Assembly: GCA_947626855.1 (NCBI GenBank)
Contig: CANQTT010000001.1
Location: 11,695 to 75,694 of the forward strand
Length of the DNA: 64,000 nucleotides
Direction: 5' to 3'
DNA from: an uncultured Bacilli bacterium
Lineage (GTDB): Bacteria > Bacillota_I > Bacilli_A > RF39 > UBA660
In this document: positions 49,741 through 59,440 of the stretch, piece by piece
Position numbering within the stretch: position 1 is the first letter of the stretch
Layout: each line of letters starts with the position of its first letter
Notes under the pieces: model-generated
What the model was told of the DNA's origin: nothing
Database searches by the model: none
Seen by the model: only the letters and a program-made list of their open reading frames with translations
Made by a program: the position numbers and the translations under genes

Positions 49741-51609
49741 ATGTATGAAGTAATTGTAGTTGGAGGAGGTCATGCTGGATGTGAGGCTTCTTTAGCTTGT
49801 GCTAGAAAAGGTCATAAAACTTTATTGATTACAGGAAATATTAAAAATATTGCGGATATGCCATGTAATCCTTCTATTGGAGGAAGTGCAAAAGGCATTG
49901 TTGTAAGAGAAATTGATGCTTTAGGTGGCGAAATGGGGAGAAATGCTGATAAGAGTCTTCTTCAGATGAAAATGCTTAATGTTGCGAAAGGTCCTGCTGT
50001 TCAAGCACTTCGTGCTCAAGCTGATAAAATTACTTATCCTAAGAATATGTTAAAAGCATTACAAGCAGAAAAACACCTAGAAATTAGAGAAGCCTTAGTG
50101 GAAGATTTATTAGTTTCTGATAAAAAAGTCGTTGGCGTAGTGTTAGAAAATGGCGAAGAAATTTCTTCCCAAGTTGTTATTTTAACGACAGGAACCTATT
50201 TAAAAGCCGATATTCTAGTAGGAGATACGAGAACGAGAGAGGGTCCTCATGGAGAAAGACCAAGTAATCATTTAAGTGATAAATTAAAGGAATATGGCTT
50301 TGATATTATTCGACTAAAAACGGGGACTCCTCAAAGAATTGATAAGAGTTCTATTGATTTTTCTAAAACAAAAGAAGAAAATGGCGATAGTGTATGTCGT
50401 ACCTTTAGTTTTGATAATAAAATTTATTATGATGTGAATCATCAAGTTCCTTGTCATCTAATTTATACACAACCTGAAACCCATCAAATTATTCGGGATA
50501 ATTTAAATAAATCTAGTATGTATGGAGGATTATCCGATATTAAAGGTGTAGGTCCTAGATATTGTCCATCTATTGAAGATAAAATTGTTCGGTTTGCTGA
50601 TAAAGAAAGACATCAGTTATTCTTAGAGCCTGAAAGCTTATATTACGATGATATTTATATTCAAGGCTTTTCTACTAGTATGCCAAGGGATATTCAAGAA
50701 AAAATGGTTCATAGTCTTCCTGGATTGGAACATGCTAAAATATTAAAGTATGCTTATGCCATTGAGTATGATGCGATTGATTCTAAGCAATTAAAACAAT
50801 CTTTAGAAACAAAAGTATTAGAAAATTTATATACAGCAGGTCAAATTAATGGAACAAGTGGTTATGAAGAGGCTGCTTGTCAAGGCTTAATGGCTGGAAT
50901 TAATGCTTCTTTAAAACTTGAAAAGAAGGAACCTCTTATTTTAAAGCGAAATGAAGCTTATATAGGTGTTCTTATTGATGACTTAGTGACTAAAGGAATT
51001 ATTGATCCTTATCGTCTGTTAACATCAAGAGCAGAATACCGTCTTTTGTTACGTCATGATAATGCTGATATGAGATTAAGAGAATACGGTTATCAAGTTG
51101 GATTAGTACCACAAGAAAAATATGATCAATTTCAACAAAAAAAGAAAAAAATAGAAGAAATTAAAAATCTTCTTCGAAAGACTAAAATAACGCCTACAGA
51201 AGAAACACAGGCCTATTTGAAGACAATTCCTACTGCTCCTTTAAAAGATGGGCTTAGTCTTTATGAATTTTTAAAGCGTCCGGAGGTAAATTTTTCTCAT
51301 ATAAAACATTTTATAGAGATAGATTCTACGTTGGAGATGGAAGAACAGATTAGTGTAGATATCAAATATGAGGGATATATTGTAAAGGCTAACAAAGAAG
51401 CCGAAAAAATGGTTGATTTGGACAATAAAAAAATACCTTCCGATATTGATTATGATAAAATTCATAATTTAGCGAGTGAGGCAAAACAAAAATTAAAGAA
51501 GATTATGCCGACTTCGATTGGTCAAGCATTACGGATTAGTGGTGTAAATCCAGCGGATATATCTTTAATTATGGTTTATTTAAAAAAGGAGTATCATCAT
51601 GAATCCTAA
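49741..51609 (+). CDS. mnmG: tRNA uridine 5-carboxymethylaminomethyl modification enzyme MnmG (GidA)
   Basis: FAD-binding VIVVGGGHAGCEA N-terminus and a GidA C-terminal domain. Confidence 0.9.
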   Translation: MYEVIVVGGGHAGCEASLACARKGHKTLLITGNIKNIADMPCNPSIGGSAKGIVVREIDALGGEMGRNADKSLLQMKMLNVAKGPAVQALRAQADKITYPKNMLKALQAEKHLEIREALVEDLLVSDKKVVGVVLENGEEISSQVVILTTGTYLKADILVGDTRTREGPHGERPSNHLSDKLKEYGFDIIRLKTGTPQRIDKSSIDFSKTKEENGDSVCRTFSFDNKIYYDVNHQVPCHLIYTQPETHQIIRDNLNKSSMYGGLSDIKGVGPRYCPSIEDKIVRFADKERHQLFLEPESLYYDDIYIQGFSTSMPRDIQEKMVHSLPGLEHAKILKYAYAIEYDAIDSKQLKQSLETKVLENLYTAGQINGTSGYEEAACQGLMAGINASLKLEKKEPLILKRNEAYIGVLIDDLVTKGIIDPYRLLTSRAEYRLLLRHDNADMRLREYGYQVGLVPQEKYDQFQQKKKKIEEIKNLLRKTKITPTEETQAYLKTIPTAPLKDGLSLYEFLKRPEVNFSHIKHFIEIDSTLEMEEQISVDIKYEGYIVKANKEAEKMVDLDNKKIPSDIDYDKIHNLASEAKQKLKKIMPTSIGQALRISGVNPADISLIMVYLKKEYHHES

Positions 51610-52300
51610 AGAATTTGAAGAAGCCTTAAAAGAAATGAAAATAGATTTAACATCTCTTCAAAAGCAGCAATTAGAAACATATTATGAATTATTAGTAGAA
51701 TATAATAAAGTAATGAATTTAACGGGAATTGTCGAAAAAGAAGACGTTTATTTAAAACATTTCTATGATAGTCTTACTCTTGCTAGAGACTTTGATTTCA
51801 ACAAAGAAATGACCCTTTGTGATGTAGGAACAGGAGCAGGTTTTCCAGGTATGGTACTAAAAATTTGCTTTCCCAATTTAAAAATTACTTTAGTGGATTC
51901 TTTAAAGAAAAGAGTAGAATTTTTAAAAAAAGTTGTAGAAGTATTGGGATTACAAGGTATTGAAGTAGTACCAGATCGAGCAGAAGAATATGCGAGAATT
52001 CACCGGGAAACCTTTGATTTTGTAACGGCAAGAGCAGTCGCTCCCTTATCCACTCTTTTAGAATATTGTATTCCCATATTAAAAATAGATGGTTATTTTC
52101 TTCCTATGAAAGGTATTTTAAAGATAGAAGAAAAAGAGACAAAGGCCTTTTCTATTCTTCATGCTGTTTTGGAAAAAGAGGATTGTTTTTTCCTTCCAAA
52201 AGAAAATAGTAAAAGGACGATTTTAGTGATTCGTAAAATGGCTAAGACTCCATTTTCCTTTCCACGAAAGTATGCAGAGATGAAAAAGAAACCATTATAA
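51599..52300 (+). CDS. rsmG: 16S rRNA (guanine527-N7)-methyltransferase RsmG (GidB)
   Basis: SAM motif DVGTGAGFPG. Overlaps the mnmG end. Confidence 0.85.
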   Translation: MNPKEFEEALKEMKIDLTSLQKQQLETYYELLVEYNKVMNLTGIVEKEDVYLKHFYDSLTLARDFDFNKEMTLCDVGTGAGFPGMVLKICFPNLKITLVDSLKKRVEFLKKVVEVLGLQGIEVVPDRAEEYARIHRETFDFVTARAVAPLSTLLEYCIPILKIDGYFLPMKGILKIEEKETKAFSILHAVLEKEDCFFLPKENSKRTILVIRKMAKTPFSFPRKYAEMKKKPL

Positions 52301-52400
52301 TTTCTTTATAAATTTTTCAAAAAAATATTTCCCAATACTTCTTGTATTATTTCCCAAAGTATATTATAATCTTTTTATAAGATGGAAAAGAGGCAGATCT

Positions 52401-53975
52401 ATGGATGAGACAAGAGCTAAAGTTGTAGATTTAGACTTAAATGATATCCTACCTAACCGCTTTCAACCTCGTATTAAATTTAATGAAGATGCTATTATTG
52501 AGCTATCGGAATCTATCAAGGAACATGGTGTTATTCAGCCAATTATTGTAAGACCAATTGGTGATAAATACGAGATTATTGCTGGTGAGCGAAGATATAA
52601 GGCAAGTATTTTAGCTGGAAGAGATACCATTCCAGCGATTATTTCTAGTTTTAATGATAAAGATAGTGCAGAGGTAGCCTTAATTGAAAATGTACAACGG
52701 AGAGATTTAACACCTATTGAAGAAGCTGTATCTTATAAAAAAATACTAGATATGAATTATTTAACGCAAGAACAATTAGCTGTTAAGTTAGGAAAAAGTC
52801 AGTCAGCTATTGCCAATAAGATTCGCCTTTTAAATTTATGTGATGAGGTTCAAGAAGCCTTATTAGAAGAAAAAATTTCGGAAAGACATGCTAGATCCTT
52901 ATTAAAATTAAAAGAAACAGAAAAACAAAAAAGTATGTTAAAAAGAATTATTGAAGAACGTTTAACTGTAAGAAAGACAGAGGAGGAAATAGAAAAAATG
53001 AATACCTTTATAACAAATCCAATTGATGATGTTACCACGAATAATGATAATCCTACTATGAATAGTCAAAATCCTAGTGGACAAACAGAATCAAAACCTT
53101 TAGATATGCAATCTCTATTGATGAGTGAAACCCAGAAACAAGCAGCTGCTGTAGATGCAGCAATGGCTCAACCGGTTGTTCAACCACAACCTTCTGTAAT
53201 GTCAGAGCCAGTTTCCGTATCACAACCATCCGTGAATCCAACTCCAGTGGAGACTACACAATCCCCTCTTCCTGCTGTTGATTTAGTTTCTTCTGGTATG
53301 CCGTCTACTCCAATTGTGGAGACTCCAACAATAGCTTCTCCTTCTATGATTGCTCCAGATTCTCCATCAACAACACCAATGCCTATGTTCACAGTTCCAC
53401 AGATTGATCCTCAAAATTCTCAACCAAGTACAGTAGCAGAAGAAAAGCCTTTCAATATGGCGGATTTGTTGGCAACTCCTGCTCAAAGAAGTACAACAGA
53501 GACTTCTTCTACTCCTTTTGTAGCTCCTACTTCTGTAGGAAGTACGCAAACTATATCAACCCCTGCTGCTCCAGCACCTCAGTCTTCTTCTTTTGGAGCA
53601 CAAACCATTCCAGCTACTCCTATTTTGGAACAAACTCTTCCAACATCCTTTATGCCTGACCCAGTAAGAGCGGAAGATAATAATTCTGAAGGAGATACAG
53701 TAGTAGCTATTTCTAGTACACCATCAACACCTAATGAATCTAGAAGTGAGGAAAAAGTTGATATTCAACCAATTATTATAACGGATTATAATAAGCAGTA
53801 TGATCCAGTATTGCCAGCAAGTGCACAACCTGTTGAAAAGGTTGATTTTAAGCAAATTATTAATTTGATAAGAGAATTAAATAATACCATTGAGAAATGT
53901 GGATATACGATTGAGACTGAGGAATACGATTTGGAGAAAGAGTATCAGGTTGTTTTTAAGATTAATAAAGAATAA
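52401..53975 (+). CDS. noc: ParB/Noc-family DNA-binding protein (Noc-like), with a long Pro/Ser/Thr/Gln-rich extension and a small C-terminal domain
   Basis: ParB N-domain ILPNRFQPR and GERRYKA. HTH LTQEQLAVKLGKSQSAIANKIRLL. IPAII, EEKISERHARSLLKLK and LTVRKTEEEIEKM resemble B. subtilis Noc (IPAII, EKKITERHARALIPLK, LNVKQTEDRVVKM) more than Spo0J. Gene position after rsmG matches noc. About 320 aa of low-complexity P/S/T/Q sequence follow. Confidence 0.7.
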   Translation: MDETRAKVVDLDLNDILPNRFQPRIKFNEDAIIELSESIKEHGVIQPIIVRPIGDKYEIIAGERRYKASILAGRDTIPAIISSFNDKDSAEVALIENVQRRDLTPIEEAVSYKKILDMNYLTQEQLAVKLGKSQSAIANKIRLLNLCDEVQEALLEEKISERHARSLLKLKETEKQKSMLKRIIEERLTVRKTEEEIEKMNTFITNPIDDVTTNNDNPTMNSQNPSGQTESKPLDMQSLLMSETQKQAAAVDAAMAQPVVQPQPSVMSEPVSVSQPSVNPTPVETTQSPLPAVDLVSSGMPSTPIVETPTIASPSMIAPDSPSTTPMPMFTVPQIDPQNSQPSTVAEEKPFNMADLLATPAQRSTTETSSTPFVAPTSVGSTQTISTPAAPAPQSSSFGAQTIPATPILEQTLPTSFMPDPVRAEDNNSEGDTVVAISSTPSTPNESRSEEKVDIQPIIITDYNKQYDPVLPASAQPVEKVDFKQIINLIRELNNTIEKCGYTIETEEYDLEKEYQVVFKINKE

Positions 53976-54096
53976 GACGATTACCAATCGTCTTTTTTTG
54001 TAATATGACTAGAACTCTTCTTCTATTTTTAGTATAATGGATTATATAATTGGTTGGTGATTATGAAAAAATCATTTTAGAAAGTGAGAAATAAAT

Positions 54097-55005
54097 ATGT
54101 TTGAATCTATTTTTAAACCAAGAAGAATTGCAATTTTAACTGATGCACACGCTCTTTTAGAACCATTACAAGCTGCTTTAGATGATATAGAAAAAAGAGG
54201 AATTACAGAAATATATTCCTTAGGAGATAATATTGGCTTTGGACCAAATCCAGGAGAAGTAATTGATTTATTGGCTGAACATAATGTTCAATCTATTGCT
54301 GGTAATTCCGAAGAATATGTTACTTTAGGAATAGAACCTTTTTCTTATATATATATAGATCGATTGAGACAACAAGAATGCTTATGGACAGCTTCTAAAT
54401 TAAATGAACGTCAAAAAGGTATGATTTCTCTTTATCCTCATTCTATTGAATTATTAGTAGGTGGTAAAAAAATAGCTCTTTGTCATTTTATTAATGATGT
54501 TAGGATAGATTATGGTAAAAGGAGTACTTGGAGTTATCAACAAAATTATAATGAGCCTACCACAAGAGCAATGGCTTCTTCTCAATTTCAGTATACGAAT
54601 AGTCCAGAACAACTGAAAGAGATAGAAGAAACAATTCAAAGATTAACGAGATTTTATGGTGAAGATAGTCCTTTATTAAGAGGATATTTATCAGCCCAAG
54701 ATGATCCATTATTTGCTAAAAAAAGAGTAAACTTTTTTGATGCTATTATTCAAGGACATATTCATTTTAAAATTTATGATCGAGATAATCTTACTGAGTT
54801 TTATTCTATTCGTGCTGTCGGAATGGCATATGATAAAGATCCTATAGATACAGCTTCTTACGTCATTTTAACAGAAAAGAAAAATGGATATAAATTAGAA
54901 GAAGTATTGGTAAAATTTGATCGTGAAAAGATGGAATACAGTATACTAAATAGTGATTCTCCTGATTCTACTATTATGAGATATACAGGAACGAGAATTA
55001 GATAG
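54097..55005 (+). CDS. Calcineurin-like metallophosphoesterase
   Basis: Motifs ILTDAH, GDNIGFGP and GNSE fit the metallophosphatase D-x-H / GD / GNHE pattern. 302 aa. Confidence 0.55.
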   Translation: MFESIFKPRRIAILTDAHALLEPLQAALDDIEKRGITEIYSLGDNIGFGPNPGEVIDLLAEHNVQSIAGNSEEYVTLGIEPFSYIYIDRLRQQECLWTASKLNERQKGMISLYPHSIELLVGGKKIALCHFINDVRIDYGKRSTWSYQQNYNEPTTRAMASSQFQYTNSPEQLKEIEETIQRLTRFYGEDSPLLRGYLSAQDDPLFAKKRVNFFDAIIQGHIHFKIYDRDNLTEFYSIRAVGMAYDKDPIDTASYVILTEKKNGYKLEEVLVKFDREKMEYSILNSDSPDSTIMRYTGTRIR

Positions 55006-55027
55006 TATTTTCTATGATTGGAATTGT

Positions 55028-55077
55028 TGAAAATAAAAAGTATATTTTAGAATGTTATCCTCTAAAATATACTTTCT
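55028..55077. terminator. Bidirectional rho-independent terminator
   Basis: 15-bp stem AAAGTATATTTTAGA ... TCTAAAATATACTTT flanked by an A-run upstream and a T-run downstream, between convergent genes. Confidence 0.6.
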
Positions 55078-55081
55078 TTTT

Positions 55082-55366
55082 TTATTTTAAATTTCTATTT
55101 TTTTCATATGTAAAATTAGTTGATTTTATGAAACTAGAATTCGCTTTGTCTTTATTAGAATTTCTATCTAACGTATTTTCAGAATATGGTTTTACAAAGA
55201 AAGCTCTTTTGATTTCATTAATCTCTTCTGCCCGAAATTTCACTAAATCTCCCACATTTACGGAATTATCAATATCACTATCCAAAAACAGATAGCTATC
55301 TTCTGGTGTGACGATTGTACCACTAATCCCATTATATTCTTTTACTTTTCCAATACTAAATGACAT
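55082..55366 (-). CDS. Degenerate cold-shock-domain (OB-fold) like small protein, translationally coupled to the upstream 1336-aa ORF
   Basis: GKVKEYNGISGTIVTPEDSYLFLDSDI...VGDLVKF parallels the CspB pattern GKVKWFNSEKGFGFIEVEG..DVFVHFSAI...EGQAVSF, but the RNP1/RNP2 aromatics are replaced. Its start overlaps the stop of the upstream gene by 11 nt. Confidence 0.45.
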   Translation of the reverse strand: MSFSIGKVKEYNGISGTIVTPEDSYLFLDSDIDNSVNVGDLVKFRAEEINEIKRAFFVKPYSENTLDRNSNKDKANSSFIKSTNFTYEKNRNLK

Positions 55367-58300
55367 AATTTGTATTCACTCCTTTTTCTTGTACATAGAC
55401 TTGAACTAATTTTCTAGCTTCCTCTAATTCTCTTTTAGCCTCTGGATCTGTTGTAATTATTTTTTCATGGATTACTCCTATTGCATCCACATAAAGATAC
55501 CAATCATGATTTGCAAATCCATATCTTACTTCCTTTTCATCCAGAATTGGAAATTCTAAATATTCATAGTTTTCACCAGCCATCAATCTTTGAACAGAAT
55601 CAATTCGTCTTATATAAGATACTATTTCTTTCATTGAATGAACCTCTACAACCTTATCTCGAGCTGGTAAATAAGTAGGAAGATTTCGCTTATCAAAATT
55701 GATTGGAACTAATGCATTATCATCTCTAGAAGTTGCAAGAACAATTGCATATCTGCCAACATCACAATAAGAAAGAGTTAATCCTTCTCGGACATTAGAG
55801 ATACCTAAGTTTTGCGTTGGTAAGCCGTCTGCAGCATATTTATCATGCAAAACAACATTATCGATAGGCATCCATCCATCCCGCTCGTAATCCTCCTGAC
55901 TCCTTTCAATCATGAGTTGAGCAATTCGTTTACAAGCTTCTACAATATCTTTATCTGAGTATAAATAAGGATTACAGGATTTTCTAAGTTCATTTAAGAA
56001 AACAGTATTTCCATTTCGAAAACCACTTACCCTTGAAATATATTCTCCTGTCTCTGGATCTTGAAACCGAATATGGAACCCATTTTTATCTTCTAAACAA
56101 AATCTAAAAAGTCCTTCCCCAAATCCCCCAATTCGCATACAAGCTCCTGTTCTCTCTCCATGCGTAAGATTACATGGGTTAGTAAAATTTCCAACAATAA
56201 CTTGTAATTTCTTTGTCTTTGTTACATCAAGTGTTTGATTAAAGGTTGGAACCGTTACTTCCATTCTTTCATAATTCCTTCTTGTCCATGTAACAGCCTC
56301 TCTTAATCTTATATCTGGATTCATTCTAGAACTATTTTCTTGAGGATCAGCCTTAATAATTCTTGCATCTTCACTTCCTAATATTAAAGAGTAGACATTA
56401 GATGTCGCCGCATAAATCTCTGCTTGCTGAATGATATTAGTAAGACTAAAAGAAACATCATTAGAACCGTTTTGCAATCTTTTCCTTTCAGCACTATAAA
56501 TTTCTGAATAGTAGGAAATAAAAGCGGCAAGATTGTATATATCAGTTTCAATACGAACTGGTGGTTGAGCCATAAAATTTATTAGAACATCTGGAATCGC
56601 TAATGATTTGCTTAAACTTTTTTTCAAACTTTCATACAAAAGCTTTGCTTCTTTATCATTTTTATCAAAAGATAAAATCCTTTCCAAATGTTTCAAATTT
56701 ATTCCTCTTAATATTCTAAAAAAATTAATAGAAGATTCTGGAACATCATATTCCCATTTTACATCATGCATTTGAGAATAATATTGTTGTCTTTCTTCTT
56801 CTGACATTTGCGATATTTTATTTTTCAAAAAACTACCAATAATTTTTTGATGTTTTTGCATGATAAGATTTCTCTCTAAATCATCTGTTCTTCTACGAGT
56901 AACAAAATAATCGATGCAATCCATAGCCAAATCCAAACTAAGTCCTTGACTCATTAATTCTTGTTCTAACTCTTCTTGATAAGTCTGCATTTCTATTAGA
57001 AATTTAGGTAATTTACTTCTAGCATCCATACTATCGATATGACTAGATAAAGACAAATCGGATGCCATTTGTTCCATGCCATGAACTTCTCGATAATTTT
57101 CACGTTCTACCCTTATATAATAGTCCATTATAAAATGTAGCATATCCAAATAGAATTCTCTATCTTCTGTATTAGCTTTTATCTTGCTCGTGATCATTCG
57201 CAATAATTGAAAAGGATTGGAATATTCTCTTGCAATTTCTGCATAAGCACCGTTTTTTTCTTCCATAAATTTTTTATAAAATTTACTATCTAAAAGAAAA
57301 ATTTCTGGTCCCCCAAGCTTTTTAAACTCTTTATTCAATTCTTCATATTGTGCCTTTAAACTTTTTAAATGTTCTGATAAAGATTCATTATATGGTTCAA
57401 GCTGAGCTTGTTCGGATAGTGTCTTTATCTGTTCCCGTAGTGACTCCATTTGATTCGATAGAACAATAACAGAATCAAAAGATTGGTCAATGGAGAGGAT
57501 TAAATTGTGAAAAGAATTAACAATTTCTGGATGTTGTCTTGGAAAACCATATTGTATGACTGAATCATAAGCATTTCGTAATTGATCAATCGTCATTTTT
57601 CGTTGAGAAAATAAATCTAATAAGCGATTGAATTGATTATTATCATACTTAAGAATAGCGGCAAGATTCTCATCTTCTAAATAATGAATAATTCTTAAAC
57701 CAAATCGTTCTTTCAAAGCATCTAGATGAGCAGCATTATACCCTCTTGTTTCTACAAAATATTCTTTTAATATTTTGTATACTTCTTCAGAGCAAACAAA
57801 AGAATGATTATCATCTGAATAAATGACTTCAAATAGTTGATTCCTACTAATTGGAAAAGAAAGAAGTGTTTTCAGAATAATTGGTTTTTTCCAAATAGAT
57901 TTTCCTGTTTTAAGACATTCAGAAATACATTCAAGATAGGTATAGTTTTGTTTAATAACTTCCACAAGTTGTTTTTGTGATTCTTCACTTAATTGTTCAA
58001 ACATATCTTGTGAAGAAAGACTACATAATCTAAAAAAGAGATCATACTTTTTTTTATTTATTAGTTTTTCTGAAAATAATGGATCTATTTTTAATATCAG
58101 TTCTATAATTTTTTCTTGGAATTCATCATTTCGAATTTCTATGACATGATTTAAAAATAATTCACTGTCAAAATTAAAGCTAATTTGACTAATGTCTAAG
58201 ATAGAATTTAAATTGCTAAAAAGGAAATTATTCAAATAATCGGGGCAAGCTTTCATTATGTAATATGAATTTCCATTCAAAATTTCTCTAAAAACTAAGT

Positions 58301-59366
58301 TGATAACTTTTGTTCTAGTTTGCATGGGCACGTCCCAAAACAAAATACTATCGCTGCTGCCACTTGTAACAAAAGCTTCCAAAAAGGTATCGTCTTGTAA
58401 TAAATCATAAGCATTATCTGGAAAAATTCGAAATGCTTTACCGTCTTTCATTTCTGAAAAAATAGTATTATAATCTTCACTATTTTTCTCGATACTGATA
58501 TCATCACTCATTATGTTCAAAGCTAAATCCAAGCGTCCTACTCTTTTGAAATGTTCAATGATTTGAGTTTGTTGCTCTTTCGTTAAAATATGGCAAAAAG
58601 CATTAATCAAAATATCTCCGAAAGTAGTTTCATTCAATATTCGATTTACCAAATAGGACACATATTGTGGATCAATATCAGATTGCTCATCAGCTATCAT
58701 TAAAAGAGTTTGAGTGGGCAAGCGATTAGCAGTGCCGTCATCGATGAGTGCGGCAAGCTTTTTTTTGCGATAATGGTTAAAAAGCAAACTATTAATACAA
58801 TTAGAATGATATTGATGAAAAGGAAAGTTATCTAAAATAAAATCAATATCCGCATCCTTTGACAAATGACAATCCAAGGTAAAAATTTCAAATTTTCCTT
58901 CTTTTAACAATCTTTTAATCAAGTTACTTGATAACCAAATTTTTTCATTAGTTTTTGAATTCCTAATAAGTTTTTGATAAGCTTCTTCCATTAAGGATTG
59001 GTAGATTTCTAGTGGAAAAAGAGATTTTATTTCCCCTTCAAAATTTTCACCAAAATCAAAACAATTATTTATGTATTCCCTAGCATATAAAATACCTATC
59101 TCTAAATCAATGAATTGGCTATTTTCATCAAAAAAAAGAGAATTAAAATTTATATCATAAGTATAAATTATTTTTTTTAGTTCTTCCCATAATTGGTTCC
59201 AGTTCACTTTTTTTTCTATCGCTAAATGTTTAAAAAATGTCAATGCAGCTTCATCATTTTTTAATAGATACAATTCGTTGGGGGTTAAAGAAAAATCCCC
59301 TCTTTGCATTTTTTCTTTTAAATTTTGGACATTTTCTTCATATGTTTCTATGATTTCTTTGTTCAC
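55356..59366 (-). CDS. Large cytoplasmic hypothetical protein (1336 aa) with no recognisable domain
   Basis: Continuous ORF with a GTG start behind GGTGG. No signal peptide or TM. Central coiled-coil-like segment. C-terminal about 330 aa are Gly/Asp-richer and look globular, with Cys (TGACMRIGG) and later His/Asp residues. Confidence 0.6.
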   Translation of the reverse strand: MNKEIIETYEENVQNLKEKMQRGDFSLTPNELYLLKNDEAALTFFKHLAIEKKVNWNQLWEELKKIIYTYDINFNSLFFDENSQFIDLEIGILYAREYINNCFDFGENFEGEIKSLFPLEIYQSLMEEAYQKLIRNSKTNEKIWLSSNLIKRLLKEGKFEIFTLDCHLSKDADIDFILDNFPFHQYHSNCINSLLFNHYRKKKLAALIDDGTANRLPTQTLLMIADEQSDIDPQYVSYLVNRILNETTFGDILINAFCHILTKEQQTQIIEHFKRVGRLDLALNIMSDDISIEKNSEDYNTIFSEMKDGKAFRIFPDNAYDLLQDDTFLEAFVTSGSSDSILFWDVPMQTRTKVINLVFREILNGNSYYIMKACPDYLNNFLFSNLNSILDISQISFNFDSELFLNHVIEIRNDEFQEKIIELILKIDPLFSEKLINKKKYDLFFRLCSLSSQDMFEQLSEESQKQLVEVIKQNYTYLECISECLKTGKSIWKKPIILKTLLSFPISRNQLFEVIYSDDNHSFVCSEEVYKILKEYFVETRGYNAAHLDALKERFGLRIIHYLEDENLAAILKYDNNQFNRLLDLFSQRKMTIDQLRNAYDSVIQYGFPRQHPEIVNSFHNLILSIDQSFDSVIVLSNQMESLREQIKTLSEQAQLEPYNESLSEHLKSLKAQYEELNKEFKKLGGPEIFLLDSKFYKKFMEEKNGAYAEIAREYSNPFQLLRMITSKIKANTEDREFYLDMLHFIMDYYIRVERENYREVHGMEQMASDLSLSSHIDSMDARSKLPKFLIEMQTYQEELEQELMSQGLSLDLAMDCIDYFVTRRRTDDLERNLIMQKHQKIIGSFLKNKISQMSEEERQQYYSQMHDVKWEYDVPESSINFFRILRGINLKHLERILSFDKNDKEAKLLYESLKKSLSKSLAIPDVLINFMAQPPVRIETDIYNLAAFISYYSEIYSAERKRLQNGSNDVSFSLTNIIQQAEIYAATSNVYSLILGSEDARIIKADPQENSSRMNPDIRLREAVTWTRRNYERMEVTVPTFNQTLDVTKTKKLQVIVGNFTNPCNLTHGERTGACMRIGGFGEGLFRFCLEDKNGFHIRFQDPETGEYISRVSGFRNGNTVFLNELRKSCNPYLYSDKDIVEACKRIAQLMIERSQEDYERDGWMPIDNVVLHDKYAADGLPTQNLGISNVREGLTLSYCDVGRYAIVLATSRDDNALVPINFDKRNLPTYLPARDKVVEVHSMKEIVSYIRRIDSVQRLMAGENYEYLEFPILDEKEVRYGFANHDWYLYVDAIGVIHEKIITTDPEAKRELEEARKLVQVYVQEKGVNTNYVI

Positions 59367-59440
59367 ACTACCACCATCCTAAATTTATTATAACAAAAAA
59401 ATACACTCCCTCTGTATACTAAAGTGTATTTTTGTCATTT

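Noticed and set aside
53180-53549. Minus-strand ORFs of 70 and 60 aa
   Set aside because: They lie within the P/S/T-rich low-complexity region of the Noc-like gene. They are antisense translations of repetitive codons.
53000-53800. Possible tandem DNA repeat or CRISPR-like periodicity in the ParB-like gene
   Set aside because: The region is compositionally biased (codons for Pro, Ser, Thr, Gln) but has no exact direct repeats with regular spacers. It encodes a low-complexity protein linker, not a repeat array.
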